Shown here one piece after another: positions 15,814-26,613 of a stretch of 64,000 bases of DNA; the first letter of the stretch is position 1, and the number at the start of each line of letters is the position of its first letter. Source of the DNA: a virus; the IMG/VR virus record IMGVR_UViG_3300043436_002834, positions 1 to 64,000 of that record. One strand, 5' to 3'. Made by a program: the position numbers and the translations under genes. The notes beneath the pieces were generated by a model. The model was not told where the DNA came from and did no database searches. It saw only the letters and a list, made by a program, of their open reading frames with translations.

Positions 15814-18632
15814 TGGCACTTACAAATAATCTTAAAGTACAAGTTGATCAACCAGTATGGGAGTGGACAAGATTTGCTCCACAAACATTTAACAACGCTG
15901 CTTCTGGTTTTGCAACAGCTATTGATGGATCAGATAGATATATTTATTATCAGCTTACCAGTGTAATGTATAGATATGATACTTGGAGTGATAGTTGGGC
16001 GCAGTTAATTTCTCCTACCTACAACACCACTTCAAATGTGCAATCAATGGTATATTCTAAATCCCAAGGTAACAGAGGTAAAGTATTAGCTGTACCATCA
16101 AGTTCTCAGTTAACTATACCTTCACTTATATCAGGAGCTAAATTAGTAGGCCAGAAAATTAGAATTACTTCAGGTACAGGAGCAGAACAAACAAGGACTA
16201 TTACTGCAGCAACAGATCCTATTACTGTAGAGTCTGGCGTTAACAGCTCTGGATCTTCAGCACAGCTTACAGATGTTACCAAAAGATGGCAAATTAATCA
16301 ATGGGTTGGTTACTCAGTTAGAATTACTTTTAGTAATAACTTTTCATTTCAAAGAACAGTATTATATAATACAGTTGATACACTAGTTTTTAATGATGGT
16401 AACTATTATGGTTATGAACCTTGGGATAACCAAAACTTTATTTCAACATTTTCAGGTACATTTTCAACATATGAAATTGCAAGTCAGACAATAACCGTTG
16501 ATACACCGTTTACTGTAACTCCTGCTGCAAATAGTAGGTTCATGATTATGTCAGGTGTAATATGGTTGTTGTCTTCACAAGGGGGTGCACCGTTTTTAAC
16601 ATGGCAAATGTATGATGTTCTTACAGATGTATGGTACCAAAAAACAATGTCTAATAACATCTTTTCCGCAGGTATTGGTACTGAAATAGCAATAACACCA
16701 ATGGATGAAGTTGAGGCTGCTTATGTAGCTAGTACTGCAACATCAGCAACTACAAGAAGACTTACTGACACAACTTTAACTCTTACAACAGACATATACC
16801 GTAATTACCAAATTAGATTAGTTGGAGGAGTAGGGGCAGGTCAAAGAAGGAGAATTGTATCAAACTCATCTAACACATTTGAAGTAGATAGTAAATGGGA
16901 TGTTACTCCTAATGCTACTACACAATATGAAATCTGGCCAGATACAGATTTAATTTACTTTGTAGGAAACGGTCAAGCATTAACATTAGCATATGATATT
17001 GAATCAGATTTATGGATAACAGGTCCTAAGTTTGATGATGGAATTGCTTGTAACGTTACTGCAACTAAAGTAGGAGATTTACCTTATGGTATTGCATCAG
17101 CAACAGACAACGGGACAGGTTCTGTACTTTCAGTAGCAGTAAATGCTGCTGGAGCTAACTATGCAGTTAATGATATTATTCAAATCAGTGGAGGTGGTGC
17201 TAACTGTCGTTTATATGTAACTTCAACAACACCTACTGGTGGCGTGACTGGAGTTTCTTTTAAATTTAATGGTAGTGGTTATGCTACATCTACAGGAACA
17301 GTAACAACTACTGTATCTGGTGTAGGCTCAGGTTGCACTATAAATGTATTAACTATTGGTAGAACAGGTAACGTTAACACAACCATTAGTCACCCGTTTA
17401 AAGTAGGTGATACTGTAACAATTGCAGGTTCATCTGTAGCAGGATGGAACGGCACCTATACAATATTAGGAGTAGATAGTAATACTGCATTTGTTGTAGC
17501 AAGTACTGCTACTGCATCTTTAGCTGCTACGTCTTCAACTAGTACATCTCTTATAGTTGACGCATCAAGAAACTGGGATGTAAATGAACATGTTGGAAAA
17601 TTTTTAATGGTTATTCAAAATACTACAATTACACCAACTACACAAATAAGAAGGATTACTTCTAATACCGCTAATACAATTACAATACCTGCTTATACTT
17701 CTTTTACTCCTGCAACAGGTAGTACAAGATATATAATAATGGATCCTGCATCCTACGGTAGAGATAGAAAGTTTTGGGCAGATGCTCAAGTAGCATATGG
17801 TTATCCAACAAGCGGAACAACAACATCTATTACAGATACAACCAAAAACTGGATAAGAGGTACTTGGATTGGTCATACTGTAAGAATTACCGCAGGTACA
17901 GGCCTTGGAAATGAGTTAGTTATCACAGCTAATAATAATAATACATTTACATTCGCTGCCGCTACATTTACGCCAGACACCACAACAAGGTATGAAATCA
18001 TGGATACTTTTGGTACAGCAACATCAGGATCCACAACAACTCTTGTTGATACAGGTAAAAACTGGGTTACTAACCAATGGGTGAACAAACGTCTTAGATT
18101 TATTGGAGGTGGTAGTACTACCAATGAGGTTACTATAACTTCTAATACAGCAACTACATTGACTTTTGGATCAGTTACAGCAATTGATAACTTAACCAAC
18201 TATGTTATTTACGGACCTCCAGCTAAAGGTGCAGGTACTATCCTTAAATGGACATGGGGTAATGGAAACCATAGATGGTTATTTTCTCCAACAGGTGGTT
18301 CCAGACTTGATGTAAATAGAATGGATATCACTACTGGTATATGGGATATTGCATACCAAAACTCTGGTCAAGGTGAAGTCTTTACCGTAGGTTCAATGTG
18401 GGCTTATGATGGTGCAGATAGAGTATATGTGCAAAAAGATCAAACAGGACGTATATTCTATTTTGACATGGTAAAACGCGAAATGGTAAATGCAGGTACA
18501 ATACCTTTTGGTATGTCAACTGCAATAACAGGAAATAGGATGGAGATTATTAAAACAGTAGATGGTCTTAAATATCTTTATGTAGCAAGACACAATGGTA
18601 CTGAAATGTGGAGATGTTTATTATTCTGGTAA
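15813..18632 (+). CDS. Large adhesin/tail-associated protein with tandem beta repeats and Kelch-like blades
   Basis: Repeated D.TKNW..N.W.G..VRI..G.G...R.I.SN units; YRYD...DSW blades. Confidence 0.75.
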   Translation: MALTNNLKVQVDQPVWEWTRFAPQTFNNAASGFATAIDGSDRYIYYQLTSVMYRYDTWSDSWAQLISPTYNTTSNVQSMVYSKSQGNRGKVLAVPSSSQLTIPSLISGAKLVGQKIRITSGTGAEQTRTITAATDPITVESGVNSSGSSAQLTDVTKRWQINQWVGYSVRITFSNNFSFQRTVLYNTVDTLVFNDGNYYGYEPWDNQNFISTFSGTFSTYEIASQTITVDTPFTVTPAANSRFMIMSGVIWLLSSQGGAPFLTWQMYDVLTDVWYQKTMSNNIFSAGIGTEIAITPMDEVEAAYVASTATSATTRRLTDTTLTLTTDIYRNYQIRLVGGVGAGQRRRIVSNSSNTFEVDSKWDVTPNATTQYEIWPDTDLIYFVGNGQALTLAYDIESDLWITGPKFDDGIACNVTATKVGDLPYGIASATDNGTGSVLSVAVNAAGANYAVNDIIQISGGGANCRLYVTSTTPTGGVTGVSFKFNGSGYATSTGTVTTTVSGVGSGCTINVLTIGRTGNVNTTISHPFKVGDTVTIAGSSVAGWNGTYTILGVDSNTAFVVASTATASLAATSSTSTSLIVDASRNWDVNEHVGKFLMVIQNTTITPTTQIRRITSNTANTITIPAYTSFTPATGSTRYIIMDPASYGRDRKFWADAQVAYGYPTSGTTTSITDTTKNWIRGTWIGHTVRITAGTGLGNELVITANNNNTFTFAAATFTPDTTTRYEIMDTFGTATSGSTTTLVDTGKNWVTNQWVNKRLRFIGGGSTTNEVTITSNTATTLTFGSVTAIDNLTNYVIYGPPAKGAGTILKWTWGNGNHRWLFSPTGGSRLDVNRMDITTGIWDIAYQNSGQGEVFTVGSMWAYDGADRVYVQKDQTGRIFYFDMVKREMVNAGTIPFGMSTAITGNRMEIIKTVDGLKYLYVARHNGTEMWRCLLFW

Positions 18633-18708
18633 ACACATTTGCTTGAGTAAATTATTTTTTGTATATTATAGTTAGCTGTGTATCCGCAGTAAAAAAAAAT
18701 TTAGAAAT

Positions 18709-21363
18709 ATGGCGACAAGTATTACATTACCTGGCGGTAAAGAATTAAAAGGACCAGAATATAAATATATATATGCTAACGGCACACCTGTAGAAAACGG
18801 TCAAGCCTTAAAAGATGCTTATGCGACCTTAGCTTCAGGAACAACTGAAAATAATACATTAGTTCTTGGGCCAGGTTCATATAACATGAACGGTCAACCC
18901 TTGTTATTAAATAAAAGAATAGATATAGTAAGCTTAACAGATAACCCTAGAGATGTAAAAATTCAAGCTTATAATGTACCTTATGATCAAAATATTCATT
19001 CTGTAATGGATCAAAATGGTAGCGCTGCTCCTTTTTCAATAACAGGATATAAAATAAATAATTTTAGATCTTATATAACTTTAGATTCAGGAGATAAAAT
19101 AGTATATGGAGACTTTAGTACAACTAATTTAACACCATTTGCTCAAATTTTAAGAATAGCACCTAATGGAACTGTAACGCCTGTTTTTAATCAACCATTA
19201 ATGAATTTGTATGGTTATGTAAATGCTATTGCATATTATAAAAATTATAATGGGGATGAAACAATTATTATAGTAACAAATCAAACTATACATTTGTATA
19301 CAGTAGTTGATAATAATCTAATACCCAATGTTTTTACAACTGACGGGTTTATTGACAAAATAGTTGTTAATGAGCACATTATTGGAAAAGATATTTTAAT
19401 ACAAGGTTATTTTGGCAATGTTACAGGAATCAATGGTACATATGCAGCACCATTTATAGCAAAACTAAATGTTGACTATGGTTCAGTGGATGATGCATTT
19501 TTACAAAATATTGGTACTGCTACAGGAAATCCAGTTAACTCTTTAGCTTATATTGGAAATACCATATTATTAATGGGGTATTTTACTTCTTGGAATGGCG
19601 CATCATGTCCTCAACATATAGTAGCTATTGGAGAAGATGGTATTATTGGATCTTCAAATACTAATATTTTTAATACTAACTTAGGTACTGGTTTTAATCA
19701 AAGTCCACAATCAACAATAATTGATGCTTCTCCACAAGGTCATATTTATTTAGTAACCCGTACATATGGAAATCCTATTCAACTTAATGGATTTACTTAC
19801 AACACCGGCATTATTAAAATTGATTTAGCTGGAAATTATATAGATACTGTAATTGATCCTAATTATTTTGTAGAGAATGCATTTTATAGCCCATCAACTC
19901 AAATTCTTTTTTTAAAAATATCTGGCAATGGTTATTACAATGGTAATTATTTTAAAGCTGGTATTTTACCATATTCTACAATAGATGAGCAACTAATTTA
20001 TTCTTACTTTCAGTCTAATATAACTATCCCTACAAGTGCTACTATATTTCCGCTCATTATTGTAGATCCAAATTCAGATATAATTGAATTTTTCTATTCA
20101 TTAAGTTTTAATACAGATGAATCAGTTTTTATTCCAAGCAGTTCTTGTAAATTAAAAGGTTTGTATTTTGGAACTTTGACTTATCAGTTTAATGCTAGTA
20201 ATTTAGAAATTATAAATTGTAATATAACAACAATAAATGGCGTTAATTCAATGTTTAATGGGTTTTACAATTTAACTGTTAATAGCAGTTACGTCCAGCA
20301 GATTTATGGCATGGAAGTAAGAATTGTTAATAACAGTACAGTTGGAATTATTTCAGAAGCTCCAGGTGCAACAAATGTTGGTGGATCTATTTATGTATCT
20401 AACTCACAAGTGCAACAATTATATCCTGTGAGATATGATAGCTTATTAACTTCTATGTCGTTTGGGTTTATAAGTATTTACAACTCAGACATAGGATCCG
20501 CATTAAATGGACAAAGCCTATTATTAACTCAAAAATCTTGTGTTAGTTTAATAATAACCGACACTGTTTTTAGAAGTCAAGTTTTTAACAATATAGATGT
20601 ATATCAGAACATCAAGCTGTATAATATATCACACAATGAGTCTAGTTTAAATGAGTCATTTAAATTTTTATTTGGTCAAATTAGCCCATATGCATATCCA
20701 GGAACTATAGAAATATTTAATTGTTCTGTACCAAATGGAGGAAATAACTTTCAATTTAGATTTCTTAATTTAATTAATTTAAATACCAGAATAAATATTA
20801 AAAATGTTGAAACTGGTTATAATGGTTTAGCATTTATTTATGAAGGTGTTACATTTAGTAATTATGGATTTAATGTAAAAATTTCAGATTGTGTTGTTCA
20901 TGGAAATGGGTACAATCAAACTTTTAATAATATTCCTTATAGTCCAGATTTATTAAACCGAATTACTTTTTTAAATTGTTTATCTGATACAGAATCAGGT
21001 CCTTCTTTTTGTTGTTATACTAATGCACCAAATACAGGAAATACTTGGAGTTATGGTAATTATATAAATTGTACAAGTTTAATTGGGTTTCCTTTTAACG
21101 GATATGCACAAAATAACGGACCTTATCTGCAACCATATCATATAGGATCATACATTAATTGTTTTGCAGGCAAAAATGACAATAATCAAGACTCATTTAA
21201 AAATATTATTTATTTAAATGAATGCAGCATGACTAATTGCACAGGCTACATTAATGGATCAGGTACAACATTTTTAAAACCTGCTAATTATTCTGCTAAC
21301 GGTCATATTATAAATGGTTCTACTATAACAATTACAGGTGATGTACAAATTGTAAATTATTAA
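18709..21363 (+). CDS. Putative receptor-binding/tailspike protein (beta-propeller plus beta-helix)
   Basis: Asn/Ile-rich beta repeats, own late promoter. Confidence 0.65.
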   Translation: MATSITLPGGKELKGPEYKYIYANGTPVENGQALKDAYATLASGTTENNTLVLGPGSYNMNGQPLLLNKRIDIVSLTDNPRDVKIQAYNVPYDQNIHSVMDQNGSAAPFSITGYKINNFRSYITLDSGDKIVYGDFSTTNLTPFAQILRIAPNGTVTPVFNQPLMNLYGYVNAIAYYKNYNGDETIIIVTNQTIHLYTVVDNNLIPNVFTTDGFIDKIVVNEHIIGKDILIQGYFGNVTGINGTYAAPFIAKLNVDYGSVDDAFLQNIGTATGNPVNSLAYIGNTILLMGYFTSWNGASCPQHIVAIGEDGIIGSSNTNIFNTNLGTGFNQSPQSTIIDASPQGHIYLVTRTYGNPIQLNGFTYNTGIIKIDLAGNYIDTVIDPNYFVENAFYSPSTQILFLKISGNGYYNGNYFKAGILPYSTIDEQLIYSYFQSNITIPTSATIFPLIIVDPNSDIIEFFYSLSFNTDESVFIPSSSCKLKGLYFGTLTYQFNASNLEIINCNITTINGVNSMFNGFYNLTVNSSYVQQIYGMEVRIVNNSTVGIISEAPGATNVGGSIYVSNSQVQQLYPVRYDSLLTSMSFGFISIYNSDIGSALNGQSLLLTQKSCVSLIITDTVFRSQVFNNIDVYQNIKLYNISHNESSLNESFKFLFGQISPYAYPGTIEIFNCSVPNGGNNFQFRFLNLINLNTRINIKNVETGYNGLAFIYEGVTFSNYGFNVKISDCVVHGNGYNQTFNNIPYSPDLLNRITFLNCLSDTESGPSFCCYTNAPNTGNTWSYGNYINCTSLIGFPFNGYAQNNGPYLQPYHIGSYINCFAGKNDNNQDSFKNIIYLNECSMTNCTGYINGSGTTFLKPANYSANGHIINGSTITITGDVQIVNY

Positions 21364-21375
21364 TAAATTAAGAAC

Positions 21376-21708
21376 ATGAAAACATATAATTGGAATACAA
21401 AATGGGTTATTAAAGTACCTGTACAAATTACAAGTTTAGAACAAGCTGTACTTTCTTCTAAAGTTAAAGAAAATGAAGAAGAAAGAAAAAGTGTAGGTGA
21501 TTCTATAATGGCAAGATCTGAGATTGAGATGACAGCAGCAGAAAGAACTAAATTAGAATCTTTTTTGTTAAAAAAATTAGAACTTAAAAGTAAAACAGGT
21601 CTTGAATTTATAAGTTGTTACTTTCAAGCAGATATTGATGAAGATATTATTTTTGGACATGTTATGTTCCGTAAAAATGATAAAACTGAAATTAAAAATT
21701 TTAATTAA
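21376..21708 (+). CDS. Hypothetical (possible spike chaperone)
   Basis: Follows spike gene. Confidence 0.55.
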   Translation: MKTYNWNTKWVIKVPVQITSLEQAVLSSKVKENEEERKSVGDSIMARSEIEMTAAERTKLESFLLKKLELKSKTGLEFISCYFQADIDEDIIFGHVMFRKNDKTEIKNFN

Positions 21709-21714
21709 TCACTC

Positions 21715-22983
21715 ATGGCATCAAATATAGATATTACCGGTCAGTATACTATTAATGGAGTACCTATTGGCGGAGGAGGCGGAGGAGGTCTTCCTCCTTA
21801 TTTAGAAACTGATGATACTACATTATCTGTTTGGAATAATGGTACAGGTAATATTAATACCAATACTGTATTTGGTGAATCTGTATTATCTTTTAATACA
21901 ACAGGATCTCAAAATGGAGGATTTGGTTTCTCTGCTTTAAATTCCAATACTACAGGTTTTTCAAATATAGCCTTTGGACAACTTGCTCTATCATCTAATA
22001 CAGTAGGATATGCCAATGTTGGCATTGGAGATATGTCTTTATTGGCAAATCAAATAGGTAATAATAATATTGCTATTGGAGCCGCAGCATTACAAAATTC
22101 TAGTAATCAAAACGACAATATTGCCATAGGTACTGCAAGTTTAGCTTCATCTAATACGTCAACTAATTTAGCTGTCGGCAATTATGCATTGCAAAATAGT
22201 CAAGCAATTAGAAATTTGGCTATTGGTTACTATGCACTTAATAATCATCGTTTTGGTCCTGATAATCTAGCTATCGGTGCATATGCATTATTAAATAATT
22301 ACGATGGTCAAGAGAATATAGCTATTGGAACTTCTTCTTTAGTTGGTAATACTTCAGGAGATTATAATATAGCTATTGGATTTAATGCTATGAGTAATTC
22401 TAATGATTCTCAATATAATATTGCTATAGGTAGTTTAGCATTATCTCAAGGTGTTACTTTAGGTACTGATAATATTGCAATTGGATACCAGGCTTTGTAT
22501 GTTGGAGCAAATAATTCGTATAATAATATTGCCATTGGTAGAAAAGCATTGCAAGCTGCAAATACATCATCTAATATTGCAATCGGATTGCAAGCTTTAG
22601 AAAAAGCAACTACAGGCGATTCAAATTTAGCTATGGGTACACTCACAGCACAGAATCTTACAACGGGTGCAGCTAATGTAAATCTTGGCGCTTCTGCTAG
22701 TCCTGCTTTAACTACAGGATCTTGGAATGTAGCAGTAGGTGTTGCAGGTATGGGTACAAATGCAACAGGATCAAGCAACGTAGCAATAGGTGCATCGACA
22801 AGTATTCCTAATTATAGTAGTTGTATTGTAATTGGTAGAGGTGCAACTGCAACGGCTAACAACCAATTTGTTGTTGGGTCTGCTACATATACTTCAGGCG
22901 CAGTAACAACAGAGACTGTAGCTAGTACAAGAACATGGTCTGTTGTAATCAACGGTGTAGCAAGAAAAATTTTATTAGCATAA
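21715..22983 (+). CDS. Tail fibre with NIAIG..AL 14-residue beta-solenoid repeats
   Basis: About 20 N(I/L)A(I/V)G..AL repeats, trimeric-adhesin-head like. Confidence 0.8.
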   Translation: MASNIDITGQYTINGVPIGGGGGGGLPPYLETDDTTLSVWNNGTGNINTNTVFGESVLSFNTTGSQNGGFGFSALNSNTTGFSNIAFGQLALSSNTVGYANVGIGDMSLLANQIGNNNIAIGAAALQNSSNQNDNIAIGTASLASSNTSTNLAVGNYALQNSQAIRNLAIGYYALNNHRFGPDNLAIGAYALLNNYDGQENIAIGTSSLVGNTSGDYNIAIGFNAMSNSNDSQYNIAIGSLALSQGVTLGTDNIAIGYQALYVGANNSYNNIAIGRKALQAANTSSNIAIGLQALEKATTGDSNLAMGTLTAQNLTTGAANVNLGASASPALTTGSWNVAVGVAGMGTNATGSSNVAIGASTSIPNYSSCIVIGRGATATANNQFVVGSATYTSGAVTTETVASTRTWSVVINGVARKILLA

Positions 22984-23001
22984 TAATTAATATATTTGAA
23001 C

Positions 23002-23214
23002 ATGGAATATACACAAGAAGAAGTTACAAAATCAATTAATGCTGCATATGATAGCGTGCATTTAATTAATGAACTTAAAGCTAAAGAAACACTTACTGAA
23101 TTAGAAGTGGCTATTTTAGACAGAAATGAAAGACATATTAGAATTATGTTAGAAAAAGAGTGGTTTGTTGAAGGACTAACTGCTGAACAAAAAACTGAAT
23201 TAGAAGCAATATGA
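23002..23214 (+). CDS. Small fibre-associated/chaperone protein
   Basis: RNERHIRIML motif; follows fibre gene. Confidence 0.6.
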   Translation: MEYTQEEVTKSINAAYDSVHLINELKAKETLTELEVAILDRNERHIRIMLEKEWFVEGLTAEQKTELEAI

Positions 23215-23369
23215 ATCCAGAACAAGCACTTACAATTTTAAAACAAGCTATAGATAAAGGATTTACGGCTGGTTTATATTCAATGCAGGATGCTGCTGTA
23301 ATTTTACAAGCATTGACTACATTAAATTCTTCTGCTGCGCCAGAAACAAATTCAAATCAAAAAAGTTAA
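23211..23369 (+). CDS. 52-aa hypothetical protein (not in ORF track)
   Basis: MNPEQALTILKQAIDKGF...; ATGA overlap. Confidence 0.6.
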   Translation: MNPEQALTILKQAIDKGFTAGLYSMQDAAVILQALTTLNSSAAPETNSNQKS

Positions 23370-23433
23370 ATTATCTTTTAAAGATAATTTTGCTTCTTAT
23401 ATATTTTTTTTGTATATTATAGATATAAGATCT

Positions 23434-23928
23434 ATGATTAAAAAAGAAAATATATCAATAATCTTGACCCTTTGTTTAGGGGTAATGTGCTTTATCTTAA
23501 TTCTAAGAGAGCCAAAACAGGTTTACCCTGTATCTACTCAAAAGACAATTGAAAAACGCATAGAAGGCAAAGAAACTATTATTAAAGAAAAAGGTAAGGT
23601 TATTGACAACAGTAACCTTATCATTTCTGAACTTAACAATGGTCTTTTTGATTTACAGTCACAATTAGATGCTGTAAAAAATGCAAAAGATACTTTTAAC
23701 ATAGTACAAATCCAAGATACTATGATCCATGTGTTATATCGCAGGGATAAAGAAAAAGATGTGATTATAGCCGCGCAGGATACAATTATTCAAGCTCAGC
23801 GCTATATTATCAATTCAAAAGACACCATCATTGCTTCTAAAGAACTAGACCTTAAAAAAATTAAGCGACAAAGAAATTTGTCCTTATTGCTCAATGGAAT
23901 ATTAACTGCAGGATTGATTATAAAATGA
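23434..23928 (+). CDS. Membrane coiled-coil protein, spanin-like
   Basis: N- and C-terminal hydrophobic helices, heptad core; lysis cluster. Confidence 0.55.
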   Translation: MIKKENISIILTLCLGVMCFILILREPKQVYPVSTQKTIEKRIEGKETIIKEKGKVIDNSNLIISELNNGLFDLQSQLDAVKNAKDTFNIVQIQDTMIHVLYRRDKEKDVIIAAQDTIIQAQRYIINSKDTIIASKELDLKKIKRQRNLSLLLNGILTAGLIIK

Positions 23929-24188
23929 TGGAAATTACACAACTCATACAATGGGGTCTTATAGCTGTAACAGGAGTTATTGGCTACTTTCTAAGAATGA
24001 TTCACACAGATGTTAGAAACAACACTGAAAGCCTTGGAAAACTAAAAGGAAAAATTGAATTAGTGGAACAAGAATCTCGACTCAAGTACCAGGCTATTCA
24101 AGAACAAACACAGTTAGAGATTAAAAATCTTGCTAGAACTGTAGGAGAACTATCAGATGCAGTTAAACAATTAATTTTACATAAATAA
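23925..24188 (+). CDS. Holin-like single-TM coiled-coil protein
   Basis: N-terminal TM plus coiled coil. Confidence 0.55.
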   Translation: MMEITQLIQWGLIAVTGVIGYFLRMIHTDVRNNTESLGKLKGKIELVEQESRLKYQAIQEQTQLEIKNLARTVGELSDAVKQLILHK

Positions 24189-24379
24189 TGGATACAGTAT
24201 CAACAGCACCGGACTTTGGAGTATTTGCTCAATTAGGCGATTATGGTCCGCTAGGATTAGCCGTATTAGCTCTTGGCTATGTTGCTTGGTTATTTATTAA
24301 GAGATATCTTGATGATAACAAAAGAATGAAAGAGGAGCTTGATGAAAAAAAAACAACAAAAAGAAAACCTAAGAAATAA
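24188..24379 (+). CDS. BhlA-like holin paralog 1
   Basis: FG.F..L..YG.LG.AVLALGY..W.F TM plus charged tail. Confidence 0.55.
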   Translation: MDTVSTAPDFGVFAQLGDYGPLGLAVLALGYVAWLFIKRYLDDNKRMKEELDEKKTTKRKPKK

Positions 24380-24621
24380 TGTCATTTGGTCCCTTTGAAG
24401 TATTAACGCAGTATGGGGTATTAGGCTTTGCTGTCTTAGCACTGGGTTACTTATGCTGGATGTTTTTAAATAAACTACTCAAAAGTGAGGAAGAATTAAA
24501 AGCAAAAGTTGAAGAACTAGAAGGTGATTATAGAGATGACCTAGAAAAAAAGCTTGAAGAAAGCACTGAAAGTTCTAAAAGTTTAAAAGAAACTATACTA
24601 TTGCTTTTTGGTAAAAAATGA
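24379..24621 (+). CDS. BhlA-like holin paralog 2
   Basis: Clearly similar to preceding ORF. Confidence 0.55.
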   Translation: MSFGPFEVLTQYGVLGFAVLALGYLCWMFLNKLLKSEEELKAKVEELEGDYRDDLEKKLEESTESSKSLKETILLLFGKK

Positions 24622-24998
24622 AAACTAGACTATTTCTGATAGCGGGTGGTTTTATTCTACTTGTAGTATTGCAGATATTCTCAAGTGGGCACGGACATGT
24701 TGTAGTTGTAAAAGATAATGTAAAACTTACAGGAGAAAATAAACAACTTTCAGTTGCCAATACTAAATTAACTAAGAGTGTAGGTAAATTAAAAGCTGCA
24801 AATAAAGAGTTGGTGGAAGATAAAGCCAGTTTAGAAGAAATGGTTTCTGAAGTAATAGGAGATCTAGATTCAACCCGCAGTGTAGTTAAAGATATTAAAA
24901 AGGAGTTAGCAAATGAAAAGGATATTGTTCGTAGGCAGTCTACTGGTAAGCAGTTTGAGTTCCAGCCAATCACGCTACCCACTGCAGACGGTAATTGA
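24618..24998 (+). CDS. i-spanin-like membrane coiled-coil protein
   Basis: N-terminal TM plus heptads; overlaps next gene. Confidence 0.5.
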   Translation: MKTRLFLIAGGFILLVVLQIFSSGHGHVVVVKDNVKLTGENKQLSVANTKLTKSVGKLKAANKELVEDKASLEEMVSEVIGDLDSTRSVVKDIKKELANEKDIVRRQSTGKQFEFQPITLPTADGN

Positions 24999-25464
24999 AG
25001 GTGACTCAGTAGTTATACTTACAAAGGGACAGGCTGATACAATTAATGATATTTTTGAAAGCCAAAAAAAGAAACTAGCTGATACTAAAACACAATTGTT
25101 CTTAAAGGATTCTTTGTTAAAAGCTAAAGACTCTTTATTAAGAATTATTTATAGCAGAACATCAGATTATGAACAGTTAAAATCTGATTACCTGTCAGCA
25201 ATGTTTTTTCTTGATTATGTTGAAACTTGGATATATGACAGAGCAGTAGAAGGAGCTTGGATATACTATTCATATGACAGCAACTGGATTGAAGCTATGG
25301 ATCTATCAGAATACAAAGTAAGAAAGAATGATCAAACCGGAGACATATTCTTTTATAGAGCAGAAAATTGTCCTCCGGAAGACAAAAAGAAAAATGACTA
25401 TCCAAAAAGAGGATGGGAAAAAGAAGTAGTATTACCAAACAGACCTAAAATAAATAAGTTATGA
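24913..25464 (+). CDS. Secreted lysis-cluster protein
   Basis: Signal peptide; overlaps 3' end of previous gene. Confidence 0.5.
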   Translation: MKRILFVGSLLVSSLSSSQSRYPLQTVIEGDSVVILTKGQADTINDIFESQKKKLADTKTQLFLKDSLLKAKDSLLRIIYSRTSDYEQLKSDYLSAMFFLDYVETWIYDRAVEGAWIYYSYDSNWIEAMDLSEYKVRKNDQTGDIFFYRAENCPPEDKKKNDYPKRGWEKEVVLPNRPKINKL

Positions 25465-25730
25465 AAAAGTTTTTTAGAGAGTTAATCTCAGACGACAACA
25501 ACATTAATGAGCAAGCCTTTGTAGGGGTTGTATCATTTTTTGCTATGGTATTTGTATTATTGACAGATGTAATTACAGGAATCATTGGTAACGAACTAAT
25601 CATTAAAGAATTTATCTTTGATGGATTTATGTTACTAACTTTAGGAGCATTTGGAATTACCACTGCAGGAAGAATTTTAAAGCTTAAAGAAAAAGCTAAA
25701 AAAGATGAAGAAGTAAACATTGAAGAATAA
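25461..25730 (+). CDS. Two-TM holin-like protein
   Basis: Two TMs, charged C-terminus, directly before endolysin. Confidence 0.6.
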   Translation: MKKFFRELISDDNNINEQAFVGVVSFFAMVFVLLTDVITGIIGNELIIKEFIFDGFMLLTLGAFGITTAGRILKLKEKAKKDEEVNIEE

Positions 25731-25745
25731 TTAAAATAAATAACA

Positions 25746-26210
25746 ATGCAATTAAGTAAAAACCTATCACTTGCAGAAGTAACAAGAAGTGAAACTGCTA
25801 AACGTAGAGGAGTAAGCAACATGCCAACAGAAGCGCATATTGCAAACTTTAAATTATTAGCTGAGAAAGTGTTTCAGCCAATCCGTGAACACTTTGGTGT
25901 TCCAATTCATATTTCATCTGGATACCGCTCTGCAGCGTTAAATAAGGCTATTGGCGGAGCAGCCTCCAGTCAACATTGCACAGGAGAAGCGATTGATATT
26001 GATATGGATGGTACATCAATTACCAATGCGCAAATCTTTAACTACATTAAAGATAATTTAGAGTTTGATCAACTTATTTGGGAGTTTGGTACAGACAAAA
26101 ATCCTGATTGGGTACATGTATCTTATGAGTCAACTGGTAAACAACGCAAGCAAATGCTTAAAGCTGTTAAAACATCAACAGGTACAAAATACTTAGTTTA
26201 CAATGGCTAG
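25746..26210 (+). CDS. Endolysin, peptidase M15 family
   Basis: SSGYRS..LN..IGG...SQH..GEAID...WVHVSY. Confidence 0.9.
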   Translation: MQLSKNLSLAEVTRSETAKRRGVSNMPTEAHIANFKLLAEKVFQPIREHFGVPIHISSGYRSAALNKAIGGAASSQHCTGEAIDIDMDGTSITNAQIFNYIKDNLEFDQLIWEFGTDKNPDWVHVSYESTGKQRKQMLKAVKTSTGTKYLVYNG

Positions 26211-26496
26211 AAATTCATTAGCTGGAAAATCTACTGGCACAAGTAAATCTGCCAAGTATTTTGCTACTCATCCGGAAGCACGCAAGAAGAAGAATGCATA
26301 TAATAAAGAATATCATTCTAGTCCTTCGCGTGTTAACTATAGAGAAGAGTTGAATGCAGCTAATAGAAAGTCAGGTACTTATGGTAACAAAGATGGTAAA
26401 GATAAATCTCATACTAAATCTGGAAAACTAGTAAGTGAAAAAGCTTCTACAAACCGTGCTAGAAATGGTAGAGGCGGTAAACCTAAAAGAAAATAA
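26203..26496 (+). CDS. Small basic protein, degenerate HNH-like
   Basis: DGKDKSH...NRARNG motif. Confidence 0.55.
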   Translation: MARNSLAGKSTGTSKSAKYFATHPEARKKKNAYNKEYHSSPSRVNYREELNAANRKSGTYGNKDGKDKSHTKSGKLVSEKASTNRARNGRGGKPKRK

Positions 26497-26526
26497 CACA
26501 CCCTTTTGAATTTTATTTCATTAGCT

Positions 26527-26552
26527 AAGGCCCTCACATAGAGGGCTTTTTT
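26527..26552 (+). terminator. Rho-independent terminator
   Basis: aggccctc/gagggctt stem plus T-tract. Confidence 0.75.
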
Positions 26553-26613
26553 ATTTAAACATTTATTAGTTAAACATTTATTATTATATTTGACACAATA
26601 AATATTTAAAATT

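Noticed and set aside
13280-23369. Diversity-generating retroelement or invertible fibre cassettes
   Set aside because: No reverse transcriptase or recombinase, and no TR/VR pair or inverted sites seen by eye
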